Source of the DNA: Minisyncoccota bacterium
GTDB taxonomy: Bacteria > Patescibacteriota > Minisyncoccia > Phycocordibacterales > PALSA-1337
Reading direction: 5' to 3'
DNA: 64,000 nt
Assembly (NCBI GenBank): GCA_041663145.1
Contig: JBAZRG010000001.1
Location: forward strand, 254,984-318,983
The notes beneath the pieces are model-generated. The model searched no databases. It saw only the letters and a program-made list of their open reading frames with translations, and had not been told where the DNA came from. Both the position numbers and the translations under genes were made by a program. Every line of letters begins with the position of its first letter. Within the stretch, counting starts at the first letter, position 1. Below are positions 48,947-59,206 of this stretch, piece after piece.

Positions 48947-50950
48947 ATGCAAAATCAAAAACCCTATAACAATAGACCAAATAATAATTTCACGAGACGT
49001 CCTTTGCCACAACCGCAGACACGCATCATGCACAACGACAATCCATCAGTAAAACCGGCAACAGTGACACCGACGCCAAGAGTCGGCATAGACAATGGCA
49101 ACGGACACAGGATAGTTCTCGGCAAAGGTGCCCGTAAGCATCCCGAAGCATTGCGACATATAGCTGGCGCTCGTATGAACGTTATTCGCAAAGAATCACG
49201 ACCAATGAAAAGAGGTGGTCCTTCACGCCCTCTTACCCATCACAAAGGCGAAGATGTCATTCCAGTTTTGGCGCCAAATTCGATCCGAATAGTACCATTG
49301 GGCGGAGTCGAGGAGATCGGACGCAATATGACAGCAGTCGAATTTGGAGATGATATCATCGTCATCGATATCGGCTTTCAATTTCGTGATGAAAATACTC
49401 CTGGTATAGATTACATCCTGCCAAATACGAAATATCTCGAAGAACGCCAAAACAAAGTTCGAGCGGTTTTGGTCACTCACGGACACCTAGACCACATCGG
49501 AGGTATACCTTATATCATGCCTCGAATCGGAAATCCGCCACTCTACACTCGCATGCTCACGTCAGTATTGATCCAAAAAAGACAGGAGGAGTTTCCACAT
49601 GTTCCCAAACTCGATATTCGAGTCATAGAAAAAAATGAAACCATAACTGTCGGTAAACTCAAAGTCAAATTCTTCGCAGTAACCCACACCATACCGGATG
49701 CTATGGGAATCATCATCGAGACTCCTTACGGTTCGATAGTTCATACGGGAGACTTGAAACTAGATCATATGGACGGCATCGTCGATCCTGTCGAAGAAGC
49801 CGAGTATGATCGGGCTTTCAAAAATGAAAAAGTACTACTTCTCATGGCTGATTCGACCAACGTTGAAAATCCAGGATTTTCGATACCGGAAAAAGTAGTT
49901 CACAAGAACATCGAAGAGATCATAAAGAACATGCAAGGACGGTTGATCATCGCCACATTCTCTTCCCTATTGGAAAGAATCTTGAAGATCATCGACTTTG
50001 CCGAAAAATACGGAAAGAAAGTAGTCGTCGAAGGACGAAGTATGAAAAATAACATCGAGATCTGCAAACATCTCGGTCTGCTCAAAGCCAAAAACGAGAC
50101 AATGATCACAACAGATGACATCGAAAATTTCCCGCCAGAACGCATAGTTATACTGGCAACCGGAGCCCAGGGAGATGAATTTGCCGCAATGATGCGTATG
50201 TCAAACAAAACTCACGCCAAGATCAGAATAACCCCACGCGATACGATCATGCTTTCTTCTTCGGTTATTCCAGGCAATGAAAGGGCCGTGCAAAAACTCA
50301 AAGACAATCTTTCGAGACAAGGAGCCAAGATCATTCATTATCGTATAGCAGACGTTCACTCATCCGGACATGCCAACCGCGACGAGACAGCCTGGATACA
50401 CAAAAAGATCCATCCGAAATTCTTCATCCCTTGCCACGGATATCACTACATGTTGCGTGTTCACGGCGAGATCGCCAAGGACGCCAATGGTCTCAAAGAA
50501 GAGGATATAATCATTCCAGACAATAGTTCCATAATTGAAATCCAAAATGACGGAGGCAAAATTGTTAAACTAAAAGAAAAAGCTGCGTCAGGACTGGTCT
50601 TAGTTGATGGATTTTCTGTCGGAGATGTCCAAGATGTCGTTATCCGAGATCGTCAAATGTTGGCGCAAGATGGTATATTTATAATATTCGGTATCGTCAA
50701 TGCAGAAAACGGTAGGCTGAAGAAATCTCCAGATATTATCTCTCGCGGTTTCGTCTATCTACGTGAATCTCAAGATCTTTTGCATGAAGTCCGTCTAATA
50801 ATCAAAGATACTGTGGACAAATCAACTCGCGGTCAAAATCCGATCAATGTTGATTTCGTAAAAGATGCAATCACCGATGCAGTCAGTAAATTCCTACTCC
50901 AAAAGACAGCAAAGAGGCCGATGGTTATTCCGGTTATTTTGACGATTTAA
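48947..50950 (+). CDS. rnj: ribonuclease J with about 100 aa low-complexity N-terminal extension
   Basis: 667 aa; HGHLDHIG metallo-beta-lactamase motif, beta-CASP and C-terminal domain. Confidence 0.9.
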   Translation: MQNQKPYNNRPNNNFTRRPLPQPQTRIMHNDNPSVKPATVTPTPRVGIDNGNGHRIVLGKGARKHPEALRHIAGARMNVIRKESRPMKRGGPSRPLTHHKGEDVIPVLAPNSIRIVPLGGVEEIGRNMTAVEFGDDIIVIDIGFQFRDENTPGIDYILPNTKYLEERQNKVRAVLVTHGHLDHIGGIPYIMPRIGNPPLYTRMLTSVLIQKRQEEFPHVPKLDIRVIEKNETITVGKLKVKFFAVTHTIPDAMGIIIETPYGSIVHTGDLKLDHMDGIVDPVEEAEYDRAFKNEKVLLLMADSTNVENPGFSIPEKVVHKNIEEIIKNMQGRLIIATFSSLLERILKIIDFAEKYGKKVVVEGRSMKNNIEICKHLGLLKAKNETMITTDDIENFPPERIVILATGAQGDEFAAMMRMSNKTHAKIRITPRDTIMLSSSVIPGNERAVQKLKDNLSRQGAKIIHYRIADVHSSGHANRDETAWIHKKIHPKFFIPCHGYHYMLRVHGEIAKDANGLKEEDIIIPDNSSIIEIQNDGGKIVKLKEKAASGLVLVDGFSVGDVQDVVIRDRQMLAQDGIFIIFGIVNAENGRLKKSPDIISRGFVYLRESQDLLHEVRLIIKDTVDKSTRGQNPINVDFVKDAITDAVSKFLLQKTAKRPMVIPVILTI

Positions 50951-50959
50951 TAATCTCTT

Positions 50960-51117
50960 GGAGAGCTCGGTGGATGTTGTGCTGACACAACCAGCAAGGT
51001 CACCCGCTCCAAATTGCAACCGTATTAGAGCAGATGGAACTACTCTAATACGGGCAATTTGTTCGGGGTTCAAATCGCATTGCAAGTCATGCAAAAACAG
51101 TATGTACCGAGCTCTTC
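50960..51117 (+). ncRNA. S-element copy 2 (candidate structured RNA, strand uncertain)
   Basis: Same conserved loop CAGATGGAACTA and conserved internal sequences as copy 1; inner stem CCGTATTAGAG/CTCTAATACGG; outer IR GGAGAGCTCGGT/ACCGAGCTCTTC. Confidence 0.5.
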
Positions 51118-51161
51118 TGGAAACAGCCTAATCGAATATCTGCTATGAGAACTAATACTGC

Positions 51162-52550
51162 TTACAATTGATCGATCATTGTTCGCTGAATGTTTTCGGC
51201 TTTAACCATCACACTATTGCCATAAAAAGCGTTTTTAGGAGCATTCCAATTTCCTCCAGCATAATATCGTAGTGCTGCCGTTCTCTCCGCAGTATATGTC
51301 TGTTTGGCGGCACCCAAATCCGTCAGATACATAGCCGAGGCCATAAAAGCATGTTCCGGGAACCAAGGGTTGGGCATACCTGATATTCCCAATAATTTCG
51401 CTACCCTATCTGCAACACTACTCACCCATGTCGATGGTATAAATTGAGCCGGTCCCATCGCTCCACCGTACCCACCAGTCGATAGAGGACAAGAGACGAG
51501 AGTTGCATAAGGATCGAGACCGAGCTCGTTGGTAATGGAAAGAAACGGTGCAACGTCTCTATCTGGCTTCATAACATTTGCTATTGGTGTTTTTGTGGTA
51601 ATTTTGATTCCAGCACCAGTGTCTTTATTTGCCAGATAACAAGAACCGACATATTTACCAAAAGTCGCATCTTTATCGAGACTTGATTCTTGAGCAAAAA
51701 TTGCCAAGAGAAATGCCGGTCGTATTCCTGTCCTCTTTTCGGCTTCAAGAGCATATTTGTACGCATCACCAAAAGGTATTTCAATAGCTCCAGCCAACTG
51801 GAACAGACTGGCCCTGATCATTGCCGCTTTGGCCTGTTTTTCAGCCAACAGCGTGGCATATGACTTTTCACTACCCTTACTCAAAGCCAAAAGTTTTTGT
51901 TTCTCTTTTTGATTTGCCGCTATGTTCTTTTGCTCCTGCTGTATCTCATATCTTGCGTCGATCTCGGCATTTCTTCGTTTATCAAGATCATTTTTTTCCG
52001 TAGTCGTTTCGTCCTGATCTGATCGCAATTGTTCGAAAGTACTTTTGAGTCCAGTTTGAACTGATTCGAAATAATCAATATCTTCGAAAAATTCAGACAA
52101 GTCCGATTGGGACAATAACATTTCCGGTACCGAATACTGATCCAACTCATTTGTCTTGCGCAATAAAACTGCCAAAGATTCTTTGCCTTTAGTGATTCGC
52201 ACCTCCAATTCATCGATGTGACTCTGTTTTTGATTTATGTCCTGACCAAGAGTCTGAATGCGCAGATTTTTTGCTTTGATATTGAGCTCGGCGGTCTTGA
52301 TTTTGGCGGTCAAAATAGCAATGTCTCGTGATAGTGAGGCACTTTGCCCCTTAGCAGTAGCTAGGTCTTTTTCAGCTTGTTTTTGTTCGGCCAGGACTTG
52401 TTCGAGAGCCTCTTCACAGGCAATCTTTTCAGCCGCAGTCTTACAGCTCATCGTTTCCGCATTTGAAATGTTGGCGAAAAATAAGGATGAAAAACAAACA
52501 ACCAGAAGCCCATACACGAGAAAGGTGGGCTTAAAGAAGTATTTCTTCAT
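51162..52550 (-). CDS. secreted coiled-coil protein with C-terminal lytic transglycosylase domain (MltB/family 3-like)
   Basis: Signal peptide from Met26; long coiled coil; GAMGPAQFIPSTW and AQESS motifs. Confidence 0.7.
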   Translation of the reverse strand: MKKYFFKPTFLVYGLLVVCFSSLFFANISNAETMSCKTAAEKIACEEALEQVLAEQKQAEKDLATAKGQSASLSRDIAILTAKIKTAELNIKAKNLRIQTLGQDINQKQSHIDELEVRITKGKESLAVLLRKTNELDQYSVPEMLLSQSDLSEFFEDIDYFESVQTGLKSTFEQLRSDQDETTTEKNDLDKRRNAEIDARYEIQQEQKNIAANQKEKQKLLALSKGSEKSYATLLAEKQAKAAMIRASLFQLAGAIEIPFGDAYKYALEAEKRTGIRPAFLLAIFAQESSLDKDATFGKYVGSCYLANKDTGAGIKITTKTPIANVMKPDRDVAPFLSITNELGLDPYATLVSCPLSTGGYGGAMGPAQFIPSTWVSSVADRVAKLLGISGMPNPWFPEHAFMASAMYLTDLGAAKQTYTAERTAALRYYAGGNWNAPKNAFYGNSVMVKAENIQRTMIDQL

Positions 52551-52628
52551 TGGATATACTGACATTATGATATTATAACCTATTTGGAGAATGGTTTGTG
52601 GCTTTTTGTGGCTTTTCCTGATCAACTA

Positions 52629-53339
52629 CTATTTATCAGCTTTTTTCTCTGACTTTTCTGATTTGTCTGACTTCTCCGCTACTGGTGCCTCGGCACCACC
52701 TTCGCCTTCCTTTACTTCTTTGCCCTTGGCCTCTACTTCGATAGCTGACATATCTATAGCGGCTGGAGCTTCTTCGACTTCTTCCTTGGCAACTGAGATA
52801 GAAGCCACGATTTCTTCGGCTGGAATCTTGAGTTCAACACCGGATGGAAGTGGAAGATCTTTGACCTGAATAACGTCGGTCAATTCTACGAGTTTGGAAA
52901 TATCAACAATAATATTTTGTGGCAAATCTCGAGGTGCAGCCTCAATGTCTAGGTCACGGCGAACTTTGACCAAGATTCCACCTTTATCCTTTACAGCTGA
53001 TGAGACACCTTCGAATACGAGAGGTACTGCAACATTTACCTTCTTGCCCTTTTCTATGACATAAAAGTCCGCATGTCGTGGTTCTCCCGATACCGGATGC
53101 ACGTCAACATCATGAATCAAAACCTCATGTTCATTGGCTTTATCATCCTTAAGAATAATAACTGAAGATTCTCCAGCCTTCTTCCAAACCTTTTTGAATT
53201 CAACTGTAGAAACAGTGATCGAAGTCGAAGGCTCCTTTGGACCGTAAAAAACAGCCGGTATTTTGCCGGATTGTCGCAAAGCATCATTCTTTGCCTTCAT
53301 ATCCCTCTTTTCTATAACCAAAGATAACATAGCGGACAT
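52629..53339 (-). CDS. rplY: 50S ribosomal protein L25/general stress protein Ctc with Lys/Glu-rich C-terminal tail
   Basis: 236 aa; L25 beta-barrel N-terminal domain pattern. Confidence 0.8.
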   Translation of the reverse strand: MSAMLSLVIEKRDMKAKNDALRQSGKIPAVFYGPKEPSTSITVSTVEFKKVWKKAGESSVIILKDDKANEHEVLIHDVDVHPVSGEPRHADFYVIEKGKKVNVAVPLVFEGVSSAVKDKGGILVKVRRDLDIEAAPRDLPQNIIVDISKLVELTDVIQVKDLPLPSGVELKIPAEEIVASISVAKEEVEEAPAAIDMSAIEVEAKGKEVKEGEGGAEAPVAEKSDKSEKSEKKADK

Positions 53340-53414
53340 TATACATGTCCAAGGAAAAAACTCAAGGTTTACCCCACTTGATATATCTCAAATTTTGTAA
53401 TACAATAGCCCATT

Positions 53415-53987
53415 ATGAATCCAGAGCCTGCAGGAGAAGTAAAGAAAAACGGCTTATGGCAGACGCTTCGTGAATGGTTATTTGTCATCGTGAGCGCCAT
53501 TATCATCTCCATTCCTATACGCTATTTTATCGCCGAACCGTTCATCGTAAATGGCGCCTCGATGGACCCCACTTTCGCGACCGGACAGTTCCTTATCGTC
53601 GATCGTTTGTCATACAGATTTGAAGAACCGAAACGCGGTGACGTGATCGTATTCCAATATCCAAATAACCCGAGTACTTACTACATCAAGCGCATCATAG
53701 GTCTGCCCGGAGAATCACTTCACATCAAAGATGGTCACGTGACCATAGCATCATCGACTTTGCATGAAGAAATAAATCTCGATGAACCGTATATCTCATC
53801 ATCTCATCTTTCGAAAGATTATTTGGATGTCACTTTAACTGACACAGAATATTTCGTCATGGGCGACAATCGTACCCAAAGCTATGATTCGAGAGTCTGG
53901 GGACCACTCGATCGTGATCTTATCGTCGGCAGACCGATAGTTCGACTTTTCCCTATAACATCATTATCCATATTACCGGGTAAATAA
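53415..53987 (+). CDS. lepB: signal peptidase I
   Basis: 190 aa; GASMDPT and GDNR...SYDSR motifs. Confidence 0.9.
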   Translation: MNPEPAGEVKKNGLWQTLREWLFVIVSAIIISIPIRYFIAEPFIVNGASMDPTFATGQFLIVDRLSYRFEEPKRGDVIVFQYPNNPSTYYIKRIIGLPGESLHIKDGHVTIASSTLHEEINLDEPYISSSHLSKDYLDVTLTDTEYFVMGDNRTQSYDSRVWGPLDRDLIVGRPIVRLFPITSLSILPGK

Positions 53988-53999
53988 TCAGAAAACATC

Positions 54000-55262
54000 A
54001 TGTCCAGTAACAAAAAAAATAATTCCGGTAATACTAGATTCATCTCCTGTGATCATCTCGATAAGATTGGAGAGATATCCGTTTATTACGGCTTTGATCC
54101 CAAAAAAAGCCCAACCATAACCAAAGAAGACCTCGATGCAGTCAAAGATATCTTAGAATCAGACTATATCGATGATGATATCGAAAAACACGCTCGTCTA
54201 CCTCTTCATGCAGAAGAAAAGATCGCTATCATACGCACATATCACGAAGAAAATATGTATGCGCTCGCACAACCAGTTATGTTTTACTTTAAGGATCCAT
54301 GTCGCATGAATTCATCGACGAGCAAAATCGCAAAACATGCTTATCATCGTTATGCCGATCTCGAAATCCTCGGTGCATCTGGACCGATCGCCGAAGCAAC
54401 ACTCATTCAGTCCGCTCGGGCGATGTTATATGAAGAAGGATTTTTGAATACTGCAGTCGAGATCAATTCTATTGGTGATCGTGATTCTATTGCCCGTTTT
54501 ACTCGTGAATTGACCTCTTACTATCGCAAGAATCTAAATGACATGACTGCCGAAGCAAGACAATTGCTCAAAAAAGATCCATTTGAGCTTCTATCATGTC
54601 GCGATGAATCCGTAAAAACTTTGAATGCTGGCGCACCAAAAGCTCTTGATTTCCTAACAGAAGTCAGCAGAAGACATCTCGAGGAAGTTTTGGAATATCT
54701 GGAAACCTTGGGAATTCCCTACAAGATCAACAACGGACTCATCGGCAATCGCAAATATTGTGCCGAAACAGTCTTTGTTATAGTGAACAGCGATAAAGAA
54801 GAAAAGAAAAATCAGATTCAAAGAATATTGGCGGTTGGAGTACGCTACAATGGTCTGGCAAAGCGACTCGGTATGAAGCGTGATATTCAAGGTATCGGTA
54901 TATCATTGCTCATCAAAGAGAGCAAAAATGGCATGAGGAAACCTGTTGCAAAGATCAAAAGACCGATCGCTTCTTTTGTCCAGCTTGGCCTCGAATCGAA
55001 ACTACTTTCACTCGATGTTATCGAGCGTCTCCGTAAAGTGAAGATCCCGTTATACGCTTCCCTAGCCAAAGATCGCCTCGGTGCCCAAGTTTCGACCACA
55101 GAAAGATTCAATGCCCCTTATGTGATCGTTATGGGCAAGAAAGAGGCCATGGATCGTACGACCATCGTTCGCAAAAATGACACTCATTCCCAAGACATAG
55201 TCCCAATCGAAGATTTGCCAAAATATATGAAGAAAGTTGAGGAACAATTGCAGAAGAAGTAA
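54000..55262 (+). CDS. hisS: histidine--tRNA ligase (divergent)
   Basis: 420 aa; class IIa motif-3-like VGVRYNGLAKRLG, C-terminal HGTP anticodon-binding domain (PYVIVMGKKE...); N-terminal half atypical. Confidence 0.55.
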   Translation: MSSNKKNNSGNTRFISCDHLDKIGEISVYYGFDPKKSPTITKEDLDAVKDILESDYIDDDIEKHARLPLHAEEKIAIIRTYHEENMYALAQPVMFYFKDPCRMNSSTSKIAKHAYHRYADLEILGASGPIAEATLIQSARAMLYEEGFLNTAVEINSIGDRDSIARFTRELTSYYRKNLNDMTAEARQLLKKDPFELLSCRDESVKTLNAGAPKALDFLTEVSRRHLEEVLEYLETLGIPYKINNGLIGNRKYCAETVFVIVNSDKEEKKNQIQRILAVGVRYNGLAKRLGMKRDIQGIGISLLIKESKNGMRKPVAKIKRPIASFVQLGLESKLLSLDVIERLRKVKIPLYASLAKDRLGAQVSTTERFNAPYVIVMGKKEAMDRTTIVRKNDTHSQDIVPIEDLPKYMKKVEEQLQKK

Positions 55263-55285
55263 GTTCATGTTAATATCCTCACATC

Positions 55286-55534
55286 ATGATCAATGCTGAA
55301 GTAACTAGAAATCCTGGAGAAAACGCTATGGGCGTTGTTCGCCGTTTTAGCCGTAAAGTCCAAAGCTCGGGAGTCATACCTCGCAAACGAAGTCTTCGTT
55401 TCAGTGGTCGCACCCAATCCCATTACAAAGTCAAAATGCGTACTTTAACCTTGATAAAACGTCGAGCTCATATGGCCGAACTCGTCAAATTGGGCAAAGC
55501 TCCTATAAAGCCAGTACGCGGTGGACGCAAGTAA
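55286..55534 (+). CDS. rpsU: 30S ribosomal protein S21
   Basis: 82 aa; basic, bS21-like pattern (VVRRFSRKVQSSGV...). Confidence 0.55.
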   Translation: MINAEVTRNPGENAMGVVRRFSRKVQSSGVIPRKRSLRFSGRTQSHYKVKMRTLTLIKRRAHMAELVKLGKAPIKPVRGGRK

Positions 55535-55539
55535 AACTC

Positions 55540-55920
55540 GTGAAAAGAGTAACTGTCATAAATGAAACAAACGCCACGCCTCCGCGCGTGGCGTTTGATC
55601 AAATAAAAAATGAATCTTTAGGTGATGAGTATGCCCTAAATGTCATATTCACTACCTCTTCCCGTATCAAACACTTAAATACTATATATCGAGACAAAAC
55701 CAAAGCGACCGACATTCTATCTTTCCCTATTTCAGATGATGAAGGTGAGATATACATTTGCCTTGACGAAGTCCGTAATGAAGCGAAAAAATTTGACCGG
55801 ACATACGAAAATTTCCTGTCATTTTTGTTTATTCACGGCTGTACCCATTTGAAAGGTTTCGATCATGGCGCTACAATGGAGAGTGAAGAAATGAAACTGC
55901 GCGAAAGATTCAATATCTAG
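55540..55920 (+). CDS. ybeY: rRNA maturation endoribonuclease YbeY
   Basis: 126 aa; HGCTHLKGFDH zinc-binding motif. Confidence 0.9.
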   Translation: MKRVTVINETNATPPRVAFDQIKNESLGDEYALNVIFTTSSRIKHLNTIYRDKTKATDILSFPISDDEGEIYICLDEVRNEAKKFDRTYENFLSFLFIHGCTHLKGFDHGATMESEEMKLRERFNI

Positions 55921-55948
55921 TTCAAGCATTTCATACCTTTCACCACTC

Positions 55949-57130
55949 ATGGCAAGAAATATATTAACAGGTATAGACGTCGGCACTTACCATGTCAAAG
56001 TTGTCATAGCTACGACAGCGGAAAAAAATGACAAAGGTCTACCGAAAGTACTAGGCAGTGGCATTTCAGAATCCCGTGGTCTTCGTCATGGCTACGTGAC
56101 CAATGTTCGCAGTGTAGCGGCAAGTATTCGAAGTGCTGTAGCCAACGCAGAAGAAAAAGCTGGAATAAAAATCAAAAAAGCTTTCGTGGGTGTTTCCGGA
56201 ATCGGTCTTTCAGCTTCAACAGTCACAAGTACTGTTATGACTTCCCGGGCTGATGCGGAGATCACGGCTCTCGACATAGACAAGCTCCACAAACAGTGTG
56301 AAAAAGATATCCCTCATGCGCAGTCCGCAAATAGACGCATCATTTACGACATCCCTTTGCAATACAAAATAGACGGTTTCCCTTCTCTCGGATCACCGGA
56401 GGGAATGAAAGGAAATAAAATCGATCTAAAGATGTTATTCATCACTTGTCTCGATCATCATGTCGCTGATCTTATCGCCGCAGTCAACGAGGCTGGTATC
56501 GAAGTCGAGGATGTCATGGCCGCGCCTATTGCTGCCGGTTTTGTTACATTATCAAAATCACAAAAAGTCGCCGGATCGGTCTTGGCAAATATCGGAGCCG
56601 AAACAGTTTCGATCGCTGTATTCGAAAATAACATTCCCACATCACTCGAAGTCTTCCCTATCGGCTCAACCGATATTACAAACGATATAGCACTCGGTCT
56701 CAAAGTTCCTCTCGAAGAAGCTGAACAGATCAAGATCGGCGCTATCACAGGGAGTTCATATCCACGAAAAAAATTGGAAGAAATAATATCAGCTCGACTA
56801 TACGATATATTTGACCTCATAGACGCTCATTTGAAAAAGATCAATAGAAATGGTCTCCTGCCTGCTGGCATTGTCATCACCGGTGGTGGATCTGGTCTGA
56901 CTTCGATAGATGAAATAGCCAAAGCGGCTCTAAAACTACCATCCAGAATCGGATCTATGGGTATTCTCGAAGGAAAATCTTCGTTCAAAGATGCTACATG
57001 GGCTGTCGCCTACGGACTATGTATTTGGGGAGTACAGACCGAGGAAGGTCCAGAGATCGATCGATCAACAGAATTCGTAAAACATGCATGGAAAGTTGTA
57101 AGCCGTTGGTTTAGTCAGTTCCTGCCATAG
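55949..57130 (+). CDS. ftsA: cell division protein FtsA
   Basis: 393 aa; actin-like ATPase fold motifs. Confidence 0.9.
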   Translation: MARNILTGIDVGTYHVKVVIATTAEKNDKGLPKVLGSGISESRGLRHGYVTNVRSVAASIRSAVANAEEKAGIKIKKAFVGVSGIGLSASTVTSTVMTSRADAEITALDIDKLHKQCEKDIPHAQSANRRIIYDIPLQYKIDGFPSLGSPEGMKGNKIDLKMLFITCLDHHVADLIAAVNEAGIEVEDVMAAPIAAGFVTLSKSQKVAGSVLANIGAETVSIAVFENNIPTSLEVFPIGSTDITNDIALGLKVPLEEAEQIKIGAITGSSYPRKKLEEIISARLYDIFDLIDAHLKKINRNGLLPAGIVITGGGSGLTSIDEIAKAALKLPSRIGSMGILEGKSSFKDATWAVAYGLCIWGVQTEEGPEIDRSTEFVKHAWKVVSRWFSQFLP

Positions 57131-57150
57131 TCATATCTACAAAATACTTC

Positions 57151-57696
57151 ATGGTTTTACCTGGACACATCGCCGGAGGATACCTCATCACAAAAGCATT
57201 GTTCAGTATTGCTCCACCATCTTTGTCACCGGAAGAAATTTCCATTTTATTATTTCTAGGGACAATATCGGGAGAAATACCGGATATAGATCTCATCTTC
57301 AGTCTATCAACAAAATATTTTAAAAGTAAATTTTTAAAATTTGATCATCGGGAACACATCACTCATGCTCCAATATTTTGGTTCACACTTTGCTTATTCA
57401 TGTTATTTGTCGGATATGTATCCGACTCTACGTTTGTAGTCTGGGCAAGTGTAGCTATATTTTTGGGAACAATGTCGCATTTTCTATTGGACAGCATCGA
57501 GTATGGTATTCGCTGGTTATGGCCGTTCACCAAAAGAAGATACGCCCTCATAGCAAACCCTAATGCAAATAGACCACGAGAACCGGTCACTGTATTCTAT
57601 TATTTGAATTATATAAAAACAGAATACATAGTTAGATTTTCCTTTTACGCTGAAATCGCAATCACTATAATAGCCATCATTGTTTTCTTAAGGTAA
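57151..57696 (+). CDS. membrane protein, YdjM/DUF457-like metal-dependent hydrolase candidate
   Basis: 181 aa; N-terminal MxxPGHIAGG and several TM helices. Confidence 0.4.
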   Translation: MVLPGHIAGGYLITKALFSIAPPSLSPEEISILLFLGTISGEIPDIDLIFSLSTKYFKSKFLKFDHREHITHAPIFWFTLCLFMLFVGYVSDSTFVVWASVAIFLGTMSHFLLDSIEYGIRWLWPFTKRRYALIANPNANRPREPVTVFYYLNYIKTEYIVRFSFYAEIAITIIAIIVFLR

Positions 57697-57772
57697 GACT
57701 GAGGATCAAAGTAAGCCCCTCACATCCTTATTTTGTATTCCGAGAATAATCTGCGGACTTTATGTCGTATTA

Positions 57773-57915
57773 CCCCCAACATAATGTTCCCGAAACAATC
57801 CGAGTTGCGATTGAGCTTCGAAAAATTACCCGTGTTTGGTGAAGCCTTGGAACCAAACACGGTTGTAATTTGAGAAGCGATTACGAGGATTGTGGCGGGA
57901 ACATTATGTTGGGGG
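57773..57915. mobile_element. MITE copy C (in the ftsZ upstream region)
   Basis: CCCCCAACATAATGTTCCCG ... CGGGAACATTATGTTGGGGG; flanked by TTA on both sides. Confidence 0.8.
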
Positions 57916-57985
57916 TTATACGATTATTTGATTTTACTTGTGTCTTCTAACTCCTGTGTTAATATACAACCTATCCAATACTTAT

Positions 57986-59176
57986 ATGCCAAACATCACT
58001 CCAGAAATCGAAGCATTTGCCCGTATTAAAGTCCTCGGTGTCGGTGGATCCGGAATGAATGCAGTAAATCATATGATCGCGTGCAAAGTCCGTGGTGTCG
58101 ATTTTATGGCTATAAATACCGATTCTCAGGACTTACATCGCTCTCTCGCAAAGAAACGCATACATATCGGTAAGAATCTCACTCGCGGACTCGGTACTGG
58201 CATGAATCCAGAATTAGGTAGGAGAGCCGTCGAAGAAACAAAAGATGAAATTCAAGATGCAGTAAAAGGTGCTGATATGGTATTTGTGACTTGTGGCCTA
58301 GGTGGCGGCACAGGTAGTGGTGCCAGTCCGCTAGTTGCCCGCACCGCAAAAGAGCTCGGTTGTCTCACCGTAGCCGTCGTTACAAAACCATTCTATTTCG
58401 AAGGTCGCCAGAGATCACGTATCGCCGAAGCGGCACTCGAAGAACTTCGTAAAGAAGTCGACGCTATCATCGTCATACCGAACGACAGACTTTTGTCAGC
58501 TATCGACAAGACCACCACGGCAAAAAATGCTTTCGTAATGTGTGATGAAATACTCCGACAAGCAGTCGAAGGAATCTCCGACCTCATCACCACTCCGGGT
58601 CTTATCAACATCGACTTCGCTGATATCCGAACTGTCATGGAAAATGCCGGATCGGCACTTATGGGTATCGGCTCAGCCTCAGGTGAAAATCGAGCCATTG
58701 AAGCCGCCAAGGGTGCCATCAACTCGCCTCTTCTCGACGTATCCATTGCCGGAGCAAAAGGCGTACTATTCTCTATCGCCGGCGGTGAAGACTTGACCAT
58801 GTTTGAAATCCAGGATGCAGCAAAGGTCATCACCGAATCCATCGATCCTGAAGCCAAGATCATATTTGGTACCGTGAGAGACGATAAGCTCAAGAAAAAC
58901 GAAATCAAGATTACCGTCATTGCCACTGGTTTTCCCGAAGGAGTCATAACAAGTAAGTCTTCATCAACAAATACAATCACCGAATCTCCAGCAACTCCAC
59001 TCATGAAAGGCATGGAGCGAGGCAAGATCTTCAATCCAGCACCGAGTCAAAACCGCGAGGCTGTAGGAGGCCAAAAAGTTGAAGTCAAACGTGATGTTAA
59101 GCCAGAAGAAAAGGAGAAGGATGACGATGATTGGGGTGCGATTCCGGCCTTTTTGAGACGATCAAGATTGAAATAG
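57986..59176 (+). CDS. ftsZ: cell division protein FtsZ
   Basis: GGGTGSG tubulin signature; start at internal Met (MPNITPEIEAF). Confidence 0.95.
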   Translation: MPNITPEIEAFARIKVLGVGGSGMNAVNHMIACKVRGVDFMAINTDSQDLHRSLAKKRIHIGKNLTRGLGTGMNPELGRRAVEETKDEIQDAVKGADMVFVTCGLGGGTGSGASPLVARTAKELGCLTVAVVTKPFYFEGRQRSRIAEAALEELRKEVDAIIVIPNDRLLSAIDKTTTAKNAFVMCDEILRQAVEGISDLITTPGLINIDFADIRTVMENAGSALMGIGSASGENRAIEAAKGAINSPLLDVSIAGAKGVLFSIAGGEDLTMFEIQDAAKVITESIDPEAKIIFGTVRDDKLKKNEIKITVIATGFPEGVITSKSSSTNTITESPATPLMKGMERGKIFNPAPSQNREAVGGQKVEVKRDVKPEEKEKDDDDWGAIPAFLRRSRLK

Positions 59177-59206
59177 TCTTGCATTATTAATATTAGTTCT
59201 TCATTT

